Below are positions 1 through 9,592 of a stretch of DNA of 28,480 nucleotides, piece after piece. The DNA is taken from the NCBI GenBank assembly GCA_008080735.1, contig SHMW01000057.1, forward strand, positions 1 to 28,480. Direction: 5' to 3'. This DNA is from Promethearchaeota archaeon. Lineage in GTDB: Archaea > Asgardarchaeota > Lokiarchaeia > Sigyniarchaeales > SOKP01. Under the pieces are notes generated by a model that ran no database searches, was not told where the DNA came from, and saw only the letters and a program-made list of their open reading frames with translations. A program made the position numbers and the translations under genes. Within the stretch, counting starts at the first letter, position 1, and the number at the start of each line of letters is the position of its first letter.

Positions 1-1
1 A

Positions 2-163
2 AATAAATTAGTTGAACTTCCAGAATCGATGATAAAGCTTCGTAATCTCAAGAGATTGGCTTTATCTCACAATAATTTGACGGAGATTCACAATTTCATT
101 TTCAATTCATATTCTCCTAATTATTCTATTCACATTAAATCATTTAAATCCTTCTTCTACTAA
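2..163 (+). CDS. 3' end of a leucine-rich repeat protein (partial, runs off window start)
   Basis: Frame from base 2 reads NKLVELPESMIKLRNLKRLALSHNNLTEIHNF...FFY*, matching the LRR consensus LxxLxLxxNxLxxLPxx; TAA at 161-163; not in ORF track. Confidence 0.8.
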   Translation, partial: NKLVELPESMIKLRNLKRLALSHNNLTEIHNFIFNSYSPNYSIHIKSFKSFFY

Positions 164-313
164 AAATAAAGTCTCTTAAGATATAATATAACGAAAAGCC
201 ATTTTTATATTTAAAAAGGTTATAAACTATAAAATCAAATTCATATGTGTAATAAGAATAAATAATCAGAGAGAAAATATAAAACAAAAAACAAATAAAA
301 AAAATAGAGAGGT

Positions 314-751
314 GTGTCAATAAAGATGGTAAGCGATGAAGTAATAGATAAAATTAAAGAACTTAGGGATAAAGAACAAACAGAGCCCGGAGATGCCTTA
401 GTGCTATTTGGTTTATTTAAAGAAATCGCCGAGCAAGAAGAAGAGGTTAAGGAAGAATTGGAAGATACTGATGAAATTATCGTTCAAAATAATTACAGCG
501 ATGCGGATTTCAAATATTGGGTCAAGTTAGGGGAAGGTAAGTTTGATGTTGGAGAAGGAGAAGCCGAAGAGCCTACAGTAATAATGAGTGCCGCAGCAGA
601 TACTTGGGCAGAGTTAGGTACGGGTGATTTAGATGCGACGAGTGCCTATATGGCGGGCGATCTTGAAATTGAAGGGAACTTACAAGATGCGATCACCTAT
701 GGACAAATTCTGGATCTGATTCGAGAAGTAATAGAAGAATTCGAGGACTAA
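314..751 (+). CDS. SCP2 sterol/lipid-binding domain protein
   Basis: C-terminal ...PTVIMSAAADTWAELGTGDLDATSAYMAGDLEIEGNL matches the SCP2 signature; very acidic; GAGGTG RBS (start may be ATG 326). Confidence 0.85.
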   Translation: MSIKMVSDEVIDKIKELRDKEQTEPGDALVLFGLFKEIAEQEEEVKEELEDTDEIIVQNNYSDADFKYWVKLGEGKFDVGEGEAEEPTVIMSAAADTWAELGTGDLDATSAYMAGDLEIEGNLQDAITYGQILDLIREVIEEFED

Positions 752-769
752 TCGGATAGGTTCCAAATG

Positions 770-820
770 TTTTTTTTATATTTTATTTTCTAATTTTCTT
801 ACTTATCTTTGTTTTTTCAG
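770..820 (+). terminator. oligo-T archaeal-type terminator after the SCP2 gene
   Basis: T9 run and several further T tracts directly after the stop codon. Confidence 0.5.
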
Positions 821-949
821 TTAGAATGCCATAGGATTTCACTTTTTCAGAGTTAAATTAAATTTATTGTAGATTTTTCTAATTTTGATTAGGACTATAT
901 AAATGATGATACTGATAGAAGCGCCTATAAGAAAGAAATGGGATTTCTT

Positions 950-967
950 GATTTAGATATCTAAATC
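950..967. repeat. perfect 18-bp palindrome GATTTAGATATCTAAATC
   Basis: Self-reverse-complementary; 11 bp beyond the arylsulfatase stop codon. Confidence 0.7.
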
Positions 968-978
968 TAAAGCATTTT

Positions 979-2388
979 TTAATTTGTATCAGACTTGCTG
1001 CGAATAATTTTCAAATTTCTCTTTAGATTTTCTACAAGTGTTAATTCTTCATTCCAGAGATTATGTTGTTCTTGGGGATCTTTCTTTAAATTGTACAGTT
1101 GACCTTTGGGCATTCCTTTTTTTGCTCTTTTTCTTATTGGTGGGGTAAATCCACCTGATCCAAGACCCTTAATTAATTTCCAATCTCCTTTTCGAATAGC
1201 AAATAATCCCGTGTCAGAATGATTTATCATAAACTTCCTTATATTTTTTTTAATCTTTTTTCCTAAAAACGCCTTCAACATGTTTTCGCTATCTTCAGCA
1301 GCATTCGGGAGAGATTCTCCAATAATAGCACATAAAGTTGCGAATATATCTACCAAACAAGTGGGTTCATTTGATACTTGATTTGTGGGAATATGATTTT
1401 TCCATTTAGCAATCAAAGGTATTCGATGGCCCCCTTCCCAAATATCAGCTTTTTGACCTCTCCAATGACCATTAGAGTTATGACCATAATCTTTACCGTT
1501 ATAGCAACTGGCTCGAGCTCCGTTATCACTTGTTATAATTAAAAGAGTATTATCTAATATTCCTAAATGTTCAAGTTCTTGATATATCTGACCAACTATC
1601 CAATCAAATAGTACAACCATATCTCCTCGATCTCCCGCTTCACTTTTTCCAATAACGAAGTCTGGTCTAATATCACAAGGACGATGAGGAGCTGAGCTAC
1701 AAAAGTATAGAAAAAATGGTTTATCTTTCTGTTCCTTAACGTGCTTATTGAGGAATTTTCTAGCTTTTTCTGTAAATTTAATATCGACTTCTTCATCCCG
1801 CCACCCAGGAGTCATCAAGCCTTCTATTTGTTGTTGATATAACTCTTCTTTCATTATACTGGGAATTCCTACAGTATGGTCATTTTCTATGAAGCAATAC
1901 GGATGCATATCGAGAGAACCGGGGATTCCAAAAAAATAATCAAACCCTAACGATATTGGTCCACCCTTAATTGGTTTATTATAATCAACATTGGGTTTCT
2001 TCTCCATCAGATTCATTATCGGTTTATAATTAGGAGTGGGCCATTTCAGACCTAAATGCCACTTTCCAATCGCTGCTGTATGATAACCTTTTTGTTTAAG
2101 AATGGAAGCAATAGTTGGGCGACTTTTCTCAATTATAGGCCAACTATACCCCCACAAGACTCCTCGCTTTAAACGTGATCGCCAGCTATATCTTCCTGTA
2201 ATGATGGAATATCTACTTGGTGAGCAAACCGCTGAAGATGAATGAGCATCTGTAAATCTTATGCCCTCAGAGGCAATTTTATCTATGTGGGGTGTAGGTA
2301 TTTTTTCAGAACCATAACATCCCACATCTCCATAACCTAAATCGTCAGCAAGTATAAAAATAATATTTGGATATGATATTTCTCCCAT
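979..2388 (-). CDS. arylsulfatase (formylglycine-dependent sulfatase)
   Basis: PNIIFILADDLGYGD, CSPSR (CxPxR) plus ITGR motif, GKWHLG, TSDNG, WEGGHRIP, LYNLKKDPQEQHNL. Confidence 0.95.
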   Translation of the reverse strand: MGEISYPNIIFILADDLGYGDVGCYGSEKIPTPHIDKIASEGIRFTDAHSSSAVCSPSRYSIITGRYSWRSRLKRGVLWGYSWPIIEKSRPTIASILKQKGYHTAAIGKWHLGLKWPTPNYKPIMNLMEKKPNVDYNKPIKGGPISLGFDYFFGIPGSLDMHPYCFIENDHTVGIPSIMKEELYQQQIEGLMTPGWRDEEVDIKFTEKARKFLNKHVKEQKDKPFFLYFCSSAPHRPCDIRPDFVIGKSEAGDRGDMVVLFDWIVGQIYQELEHLGILDNTLLIITSDNGARASCYNGKDYGHNSNGHWRGQKADIWEGGHRIPLIAKWKNHIPTNQVSNEPTCLVDIFATLCAIIGESLPNAAEDSENMLKAFLGKKIKKNIRKFMINHSDTGLFAIRKGDWKLIKGLGSGGFTPPIRKRAKKGMPKGQLYNLKKDPQEQHNLWNEELTLVENLKRNLKIIRSKSDTN

Positions 2389-2631
2389 AATTCTATATAG
2401 AATATTTGAATTTTAATTTTTTAGAATTTTTCATACCAATAATAACCAATTAATTTCGAAAGAATTGGAAAACATTCTATAAAACGATTTAGGAATTTCA
2501 ATTATTATACAAGAATAGATTTAACTTTCACAAAACGAATATTTTTCTAAAAAAGCTATATATAAAAAAGGTCATGATGATGTTATTACTCATAAAGTTA
2601 TGTAGATTCTTTAAAGAAAAAAAAGAAAAAA

Positions 2632-3186
2632 TTAAGTTAATCTGTTTTTTATAGTGCGAATCAACAAGAAGATTAGACCTATAAAGAAAAATCCTATTCC
2701 TAAAATCAGAAGGGAAAATTTAGTTAATGCTGTAATGGAAGCAATGAAAGGGACAATCGAACTAAAGTTAGCTGGATTCTGAAGCATAATGAGCAAATTA
2801 ATATTTTCTATCAGGTCAAATATTCCTGCAACTAAAGGTAATATTGTTATATATAACCCTATTTTCTGAATTTTTCCACTTAATTTGCGGTATACTAAAA
2901 GAATACAACCTGAGATGAAGAAACCATAACCGAAAATATATAGAAAATCCCAGTAAACTCCAAGAGTTTGAGCTTCTATACCTTCAATACCCCAAGAGGA
3001 AAAAATCACTGCAGTTCTATCTGTAGTCCATGCAAATTCGAGATCTAAAACATTATAAGTAGAGACTAACTTCGATAAGGGGGCAAAAATTAATTGATTA
3101 ATCAATATGAATAATATAAATGCCCCAATAGTTATGATTAATAGATACCGGGTACGGGGGAATTCTTTTAACTTATCTAAGAACAT
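2632..3186 (-). CDS. hypothetical membrane protein (about 4 TM)
   Basis: Four hydrophobic segments; LEFAW, DFLYI..Y and AGIFDLIEN motifs; AAGGT RBS. Confidence 0.7.
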   Translation of the reverse strand: MFLDKLKEFPRTRYLLIITIGAFILFILINQLIFAPLSKLVSTYNVLDLEFAWTTDRTAVIFSSWGIEGIEAQTLGVYWDFLYIFGYGFFISGCILLVYRKLSGKIQKIGLYITILPLVAGIFDLIENINLLIMLQNPANFSSIVPFIASITALTKFSLLILGIGFFFIGLIFLLIRTIKNRLT

Positions 3187-3306
3187 TTTTAATACCTTGT
3201 GAAATTTTAAATTTATATTATTATGTCTTCATTAAGATTAAGCCTCTGAAATAATTTCTCCTAACTTCTTCTATAAGCAAATCTGGACTAACAAAAGAAA
3301 ATGTGT

Positions 3307-4002
3307 TTATATCAAGAATCGAATCGCCCACAAGATAATGGTTATTAATGATCCAACAAGAAAAAATGACGGGTTTCCGCGTTTTCCTTGGGGTATCACA
3401 TCCCTAATGATCATATAAAAGAGTACGCCCAATGCAAACGCAAGCACATAATTAGTATAAATTTGTTCCAACTCTAAAATAAGTCCAACGCTCGCGCCAA
3501 TAATGGGTAAGAGGGACAAGATTGTCTTACTAATTCTATCATTTAATCGAGTATCTATGGAGTCCAATGAAATAGAAGAGGTTAACATTTGAAGAAAGAG
3601 TGGTGCAGAAAGCTCTATAATCACTAAAGGATCAATGATAATTACCGTAGCGATGATAAAGCCCACCATAAAATTATCAAAACCAAATCCAGCAATATGA
3701 AGAACTTTAAGCTCTTCCAATACTTTCTGCTTATTATCCACATGACGGTATATATATTTCTCTGTCATATGCATTAGAATAAAACCGATAAGCATAAAGA
3801 GAAACAGAATGCTCGAGAAGTTAAGCGAAATTAAATCGGGTACGAGAATTAAGAATAACAAAGAAATCAACAAACCCGAACTGAAACTAAGAATATCATC
3901 ACGATATTGAGAAGCCAATCCCGAAATACGATGCCCAAAATAATCTGTCAGACCCATTATTATTGCAATGAGATAAATGATGATTATGAGAAGAATATCC
4001 AT
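3307..4002 (-). CDS. ZIP-family-like metal transporter (divergent)
   Basis: About 7-8 TM; SFSSGLLISLLFLILVPD, HIAGFGFDNFMVG and FALGVLFYMIIRDVIP resemble ZIP motifs. Confidence 0.65.
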   Translation of the reverse strand: MDILLIIIIYLIAIIMGLTDYFGHRISGLASQYRDDILSFSSGLLISLLFLILVPDLISLNFSSILFLFMLIGFILMHMTEKYIYRHVDNKQKVLEELKVLHIAGFGFDNFMVGFIIATVIIIDPLVIIELSAPLFLQMLTSSISLDSIDTRLNDRISKTILSLLPIIGASVGLILELEQIYTNYVLAFALGVLFYMIIRDVIPQGKRGNPSFFLVGSLITIILWAIRFLI

Positions 4003-4463
4003 ATTGAGTAAAGATTATAAAAAGTTATAAATTCATCTATGAAACAACTTGATGGAGATATTGAAAGAATGGAAAAATTTATACCCCATCCTTTAAGTAT
4101 CAGAAAAAATGAGTTTAATGGAAGAACAAATTCCTCAGTTTCTGCCTGGATTTTTGTATTTTGGTGATGCTTGTCGTATGGCAAGTATAGTTGATTCATA
4201 CTCTCCCTTTTTTTGTTTGAAACTGATGGAAATTGTTCTTTGAACTTTTTCTAATTCTTTTGTGTATATTAGTAAAATCTACAGGAAGGATAGAAATAGA
4301 TACGAAAAACCAGTGATATCAATATCGAGAATTTCGGATCTCCATATCTAAAAATAGACAAAATGGTTCAAAGTTGAAAAACAAAAAATGGGTTCGATTT
4401 TATTTAAAAACCTTTTTCCCCTTTCAAATCACAGAACAATAAATTGATGGAGTATAATAAAAA

Positions 4464-5516
4464 ATGAATAAAAAAGTGATTATTGCGATTTTAGTAATTT
4501 CTGCGGCTCTGACTGCGGGATTTGTCATTTTTGGTATAGTCGGATATGCAACCGCCGGAACTATCGAAAAATCCTATCAATTTTCCTATACGAATAGCTC
4601 TATCTTTGGTCTCGAAGACATCGATATTGATTTCGACCTTGCCAAGGTAGACATCAACTATAATTCGACCCCAATGGATGCCTATATGGAAGCAAATCTT
4701 AGCGTTCTAATTGAAGGTCTATTTATGGAAGGTAAAAGCTTTGCAAACTTTTTCAGCGAGCCTATAACCGCTAATAACTCCGCAGACAAGAATATTCAAT
4801 TCTTGATGAAGCAAGATCAATGGTTTGACCCCTCTACATGGTTCTCGACGAAGATCGTGACGCTACATATTCTACTCAGAACGGATGTTGAGTATAATAT
4901 AGATGTGGATGTATCCGTGGGCGATCTCTCAGTAAACGTACCCGAAAATGTCTCAGTAGGTGCATTAGAATTGTTAACATCAACAGGGTCAATTTCTGCA
5001 GATTTATCGGAAAACTCAACAGTGAATACAATAGAACTGATAACATCTACTGGAAACATAGGTTTTAAGAGCCAATATATCAATCATACAGGTTCAATTC
5101 GATTTGAAACTGCAACGGGTAATATCGATTCAACTATATCGAATGGAATTATTGATGGTAATATTAGGATTCTTACTAGCACCGGCAATTCGCTTCTACG
5201 ATTCTACAATCTAACCTATGAAGCCAATAACGTGTGGGACATTGATGGAAGCACGGGAAATATAGACATACATATCCAACAGTACGACAATATGAACGCG
5301 AATGTATCGGGAAGCGCAATTACCTCCACTGGGAATGTGTATGTGTACTATCAAGATTGGAGTAACTCTGTGGGAGTAAGATTAGACGGTACTACTTCAA
5401 CTGGAAGTGCAGAGGATTACACCTCCTCAGATTTCGCAACCGCTACATTCCACTATGATTTGGCTTTAACAACTAGTACCGGCAATGTTAATATTGATCA
5501 TACAGATCAAACTTAA
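4464..5516 (+). CDS. DUF4097-like beta-strand-repeat (putative adhesin) membrane-anchored protein
   Basis: N-terminal TM segment; repeated (T/S)STG(N/S)I units; 9 N-x-S/T sequons. Confidence 0.7.
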   Translation: MNKKVIIAILVISAALTAGFVIFGIVGYATAGTIEKSYQFSYTNSSIFGLEDIDIDFDLAKVDINYNSTPMDAYMEANLSVLIEGLFMEGKSFANFFSEPITANNSADKNIQFLMKQDQWFDPSTWFSTKIVTLHILLRTDVEYNIDVDVSVGDLSVNVPENVSVGALELLTSTGSISADLSENSTVNTIELITSTGNIGFKSQYINHTGSIRFETATGNIDSTISNGIIDGNIRILTSTGNSLLRFYNLTYEANNVWDIDGSTGNIDIHIQQYDNMNANVSGSAITSTGNVYVYYQDWSNSVGVRLDGTTSTGSAEDYTSSDFATATFHYDLALTTSTGNVNIDHTDQT

Positions 5517-5677
5517 TACATTCTTTTTTATTTTTATTTCTTCTTGATGCTAGATGGTTCTCTTATTGAAAAATTAACCTATTCATTGATCTATTTTTAT
5601 TTTGAGTTTGGTTGAGAATAATGAGTAGAAGAAGAAAAAAACAAAAATAATTAGAATTGGTTTAGTTTAGATTTGAT

Positions 5678-6208
5678 TTAGCTCTTTCTCTGAAAGACTT
5701 CTCTAAATAGCGCGATTGTTAATAAAATCCATACAATTCCCCAATACCAAAATGCATGCAGAAGAAACACTGTTCCTACCCACCAAAAGATTAATACGCT
5801 CCACCAATCTATGAAGAGAATAAACTCTGCCATTTTTTGTTGAGTATCGATAAATGAAAGTGGCATTTTTGACCATTTATTATTCATTTTTACAAATAAT
5901 TTGGACATAAATGGGAAAAATATAATCATAATCAACACGATAATGGTTATGATCCAATAGAGAACTACACCAATAGTGATAATTCCGATAAGGTCCGCGA
6001 TGAAGTCTATAAGAAACCATACCAATCCATATATTCCCGCGATAAATACAATAATATCAAATATCGTTGTATAGCCCCATTTACCAAATCTATCCCTAAG
6101 TTCTTGATCAAAGCTCTTACCTTCTTTCTTGGGTTTCTTTTCTTTCTTTGGTTCGGGTTGAGTTGATTCTTCTTTTTCTGGTGTTGATCCAGATTCAGAT
6201 TCTGCCAT
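5678..6208 (-). CDS. hypothetical membrane protein (charged N-terminal tail, about 4 TM, Trp-rich)
   Basis: E/K/P-rich N-terminus followed by hydrophobic helices; AAGGT RBS. Confidence 0.75.
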   Translation of the reverse strand: MAESESGSTPEKEESTQPEPKKEKKPKKEGKSFDQELRDRFGKWGYTTIFDIIVFIAGIYGLVWFLIDFIADLIGIITIGVVLYWIITIIVLIMIIFFPFMSKLFVKMNNKWSKMPLSFIDTQQKMAEFILFIDWWSVLIFWWVGTVFLLHAFWYWGIVWILLTIALFREVFQRKS

Positions 6209-6422
6209 ACTATTTTACCTTTTTAAGATTCTATATAGTTTGTAATTAGATTTCTATATTAGTTATACATTATATTATCTTATTTAAAGTTTAGTTAAAT
6301 AGCTTATTCATCGGCTTTTTTCTAAGATTCTGAATCAATCCAAAAATAAAAGTTCATATTTATTAAAAAGTAAAGTCTAAACTATAGTATAAAAAGTAAT
6401 ATTATTCTAAAGGAAGATTCTT

Positions 6423-7466
6423 ATGCAAAAAAAATTCATGGTTATCTTAATCGTCTCAATATTTTTTATCGGAGGGATCTTTGCATTTGGACTAATTGGT
6501 TTTTTTACCTACGGGTATTTAGATGAATTTAAGACCTATGATGAGTATCAAATTTCTGAAACCCCTCCGAGTGAGATAGGATTAATTTTTAATACGGATT
6601 TATCCGATCTTACGATTCAATATAATACCTCCACAATAGATTCAACCATCGCTATGAGAATAGAATCCCATATTCATGTGGAAGGAATTTTTATTTTAGG
6701 AAGGACATTGTCTGATTTTTTCAATCCTGTTAAAATAATAAATCAAAGTACCACCAAAGGGCTTGAAATCAGACGGCGTGAGCTTGCGTGGTTTAGTCCC
6801 ACAAATTGGTTTTTGGGCATGAAAGTCAATTTAACCGTTACTCTACGAACAGATTTGAAATACAACATATCTGCTAATATTGGAGCGGGAAAGATCAGTT
6901 TTCAGTGTGGCACGAATACTACGTTGGATGCTACAGAGCTCACGATAGGTACAGGGGATATCTCTATGGAGGCAGATCAAGTTAACTTTACAAACAATAT
7001 TCATCTAGAGACCACTTTGGGGGATATTAGCGGAAATTTTAAGAATTGTTCCCTAAGTGGTAATCTAAATTTTGTGATAAATACTGGTAATATTGATTTC
7101 AACGCCCAGAACTTCACTTATGGTTCTGACTCCCGCTGGGATATCTCAACAATTATGGGGAATATAAATATTGATATTCTACAAAACAGGTCAATGAATC
7201 ACGATATTGAGCTTAATTCCATCATTAATGATATAGGCATCTTAAATCTCCATTATAAAGACACAAATAATACCATAGGATCGGAGATAAGCGGACAAGT
7301 TAATCAAGGTCAAGGAGGTGTGGTTATTAGAGAGCCACTGATTGGATTCCAAAAAATTTCAGAGACATTTATTCGATCAGATGATTGGGACCTAGAGCAA
7401 GACAAATATGATATTACTTTGCGCGCGAGTACGGGCGATATAATTATTAATGCGCAAAGTTTTTGA
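6423..7466 (+). CDS. DUF4097-like beta-strand-repeat protein, paralog of 4464-5516
   Basis: N-terminal TM; shares EGxFxxG, WFxPxxWF, LRTD and TGxI repeats with 4464-5516. Confidence 0.7.
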   Translation: MQKKFMVILIVSIFFIGGIFAFGLIGFFTYGYLDEFKTYDEYQISETPPSEIGLIFNTDLSDLTIQYNTSTIDSTIAMRIESHIHVEGIFILGRTLSDFFNPVKIINQSTTKGLEIRRRELAWFSPTNWFLGMKVNLTVTLRTDLKYNISANIGAGKISFQCGTNTTLDATELTIGTGDISMEADQVNFTNNIHLETTLGDISGNFKNCSLSGNLNFVINTGNIDFNAQNFTYGSDSRWDISTIMGNINIDILQNRSMNHDIELNSIINDIGILNLHYKDTNNTIGSEISGQVNQGQGGVVIREPLIGFQKISETFIRSDDWDLEQDKYDITLRASTGDIIINAQSF

Positions 7467-7478
7467 GTTTATACTTTT

Positions 7479-8960
7479 TTATGAACTTTTTTCGAGAATT
7501 TCACCTACATAATAAAGACCAACTAGGTTTCCCCGTCTTTGGAATTTGCGAGATACCAATAAAATGATTACGTGCTCATTTTCATCTACCACGTTAATAT
7601 CGACTGCAAATTTTACAGATTGCTCAATTATACTTTCTGCATCCATATTAAAGAAGTCGATATTCTCGATATGAAATGGTTGCACGCCCCATACAAGATT
7701 TATCTCTCTTGCCGTTTTTTTAAACGGAGTTATGGCAATAATGGGCAAAGGGGGTCTGTATTTTGATATCATTCGTGCTCCATATCCACCTCGCGTGATT
7801 ACCAATATTTTTCCTCGAAAATTAAGCTCTTCCATCTCATTAGCCAATGAATGAATAGCATGTCCTAAGGTTTGGGTATGAGTTAATCGCTCCGAATCGT
7901 ATTTATCAGGGACACGCTGAGACATATTTTCATATGCGGTATATGCAATCTTATTCATAAAGAGCACAGCATTGATAGGATACTTTCCTACCGCAGTTTC
8001 CGAAGATAGCATGACAGCATCAGTACCATCTAAAACGGCATTGAATACATCAGCCGCCTCTGCTCGCGTTGGAACGGGGGAATTGGTCATAGATTCTAAC
8101 ATTTGCGTAGCTACAATGCAAGGTTTTCCTTCTTTATTGCATCTATAAATCAATTCTTTTTGTTTCAAAGGGACCTTATCAGGAGAAATCTCAACACCCA
8201 AATCTCCCCTTGCAATCATCACAGCATCGGTCACATTTAATATTTGGTCAAAATTAGTAAGGGCGATGGGGCGTTCGATTTTCGATACAAGTTTTATCTC
8301 GTCATTCCCATAATTTTCTAAAAGTTTTTTAACTCTGAGAACATCATCCCCACCCGAAACAAATGAGATTGCAACATATTCTACGTCTAAATCTGCTATG
8401 AGCTTTAAATCTTTTATATCTTTTTTCGTGGGAACTTTTTGCTGAATTTGACCACTAGGAATGTTCACACCTTTATTATTGCTGATTTTCCCTCCTGCAA
8501 CTACTTCAGCAACTATATGATCCTCTTTTTTTTCTCTAGCTTGGATTTTAATAATACCATCATTAACATAAATGAAATCCCCTTCGCTTATAGATTGAAG
8601 AAAACCTTCAAGGGGGATAGAAAACTGTTCGGCGTCTCCTAGAATTTCCTTTTCATAAATTTTTACTCTATCACCGGATTGAAGAAAATACGTCTCATCA
8701 TCCTTAAATTCTCCAACTCTTATTTTAGGACCTTGAATGTCTGCCATTATCCCTATATACTCATTTACCTCTCGAATCCTTTCAATTAAGGCGACTTTTT
8801 CTTCTCGGGTACCATGAGAGAAATTTAATCGAAACACATCAGCACCAGCCTTTATTAGATTCTTGATCATCTGTTTCGAGTCGCTTGCTGGACCTAAAGT
8901 AGCAACTATCTTTATGGTATTCTCTCGCATTTTATATTGTCGTTCTTCTCCATTCATCAT
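7479..8960 (-). CDS. pyk: pyruvate kinase
   Basis: KIVATLGPAS, FRLNFSHG, DIQGPKIR, KIE, MIARGDLGVE, ATQMLESM, PTRAE, DAVMLSSETAVGKYP; real start may be ATG 8930. Confidence 0.98.
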   Translation of the reverse strand: MMNGEERQYKMRENTIKIVATLGPASDSKQMIKNLIKAGADVFRLNFSHGTREEKVALIERIREVNEYIGIMADIQGPKIRVGEFKDDETYFLQSGDRVKIYEKEILGDAEQFSIPLEGFLQSISEGDFIYVNDGIIKIQAREKKEDHIVAEVVAGGKISNNKGVNIPSGQIQQKVPTKKDIKDLKLIADLDVEYVAISFVSGGDDVLRVKKLLENYGNDEIKLVSKIERPIALTNFDQILNVTDAVMIARGDLGVEISPDKVPLKQKELIYRCNKEGKPCIVATQMLESMTNSPVPTRAEAADVFNAVLDGTDAVMLSSETAVGKYPINAVLFMNKIAYTAYENMSQRVPDKYDSERLTHTQTLGHAIHSLANEMEELNFRGKILVITRGGYGARMISKYRPPLPIIAITPFKKTAREINLVWGVQPFHIENIDFFNMDAESIIEQSVKFAVDINVVDENEHVIILLVSRKFQRRGNLVGLYYVGEILEKSS

Positions 8961-9038
8961 ATATCAAGCTCTATATCATTCTTGAAATTATTGGATTTAA
9001 TAATATTATAAGTTAAGTGGTAATATAATTCCTATTAA

Positions 9039-9497
9039 TTATTTGTTTTTAAAATTATTAGAGAATTGTTCTAATTTTTTCTGAAAGATATTGTTGAAAT
9101 CTTTGAAAATTTTAACGTAAGTTTCATAATGTTCCGTCTTATGTAGTTCCTTAAGGCTTAAAAGACTCACACGCAAGGTTTTTGGATATACACTGTACTG
9201 TAATAGTTTTAGATCATATTCAAGAGCAAATTCTTTAGCCAGTTCAACGAGAAAGTCCGAACTTACGTTAGCTAACATTTTGACAAGAAAATAGCGATAT
9301 TTAGGTAATTTATCGTAATTCTTTGCTTCAATTAAATAGAGATCTCTCGAATAATTGGTTAATTGATGGATATTTTTTACATCCAATTGCTTTGGTTCAT
9401 TTTTTACTCGCTCAGAAATGGGAGAATGCTTCCCTTTTAACTTAATGGCATTTTTTTGTAGCTTTTTTATCAAACCTTCTAAAGTATTAGCCGACAT
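9039..9497 (-). CDS. hypothetical protein
   Basis: 152-aa ORF with AAGGT RBS, co-oriented between AOR and pyk; no motif recognised. Confidence 0.7.
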   Translation of the reverse strand: MSANTLEGLIKKLQKNAIKLKGKHSPISERVKNEPKQLDVKNIHQLTNYSRDLYLIEAKNYDKLPKYRYFLVKMLANVSSDFLVELAKEFALEYDLKLLQYSVYPKTLRVSLLSLKELHKTEHYETYVKIFKDFNNIFQKKLEQFSNNFKNK

Positions 9498-9592
9498 AGC
9501 AACCTTTAATATTTACAATAAAATAATTTCTATTTAATAGTCAAAGAAGTAATATATAGTTTTTATCTCTCTTTGAAAAAATAATAAAAAAC

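Noticed and set aside
3220-3300. Minus-strand stretch reading FSFVSPDLLIEEVRRNYF, reminiscent of a PIN-domain fragment
   Set aside because: Too short, no start codon, and easily a chance resemblance
3984-4199. 71-aa minus-strand ORF with a GGAG RBS overlapping the start of the ZIP-like gene
   Set aside because: No recognisable motif, and its 3' part contains a TTTATAA box that looks like the ZIP-like gene's own promoter; cannot be supported as a gene or leader peptide, though not excluded
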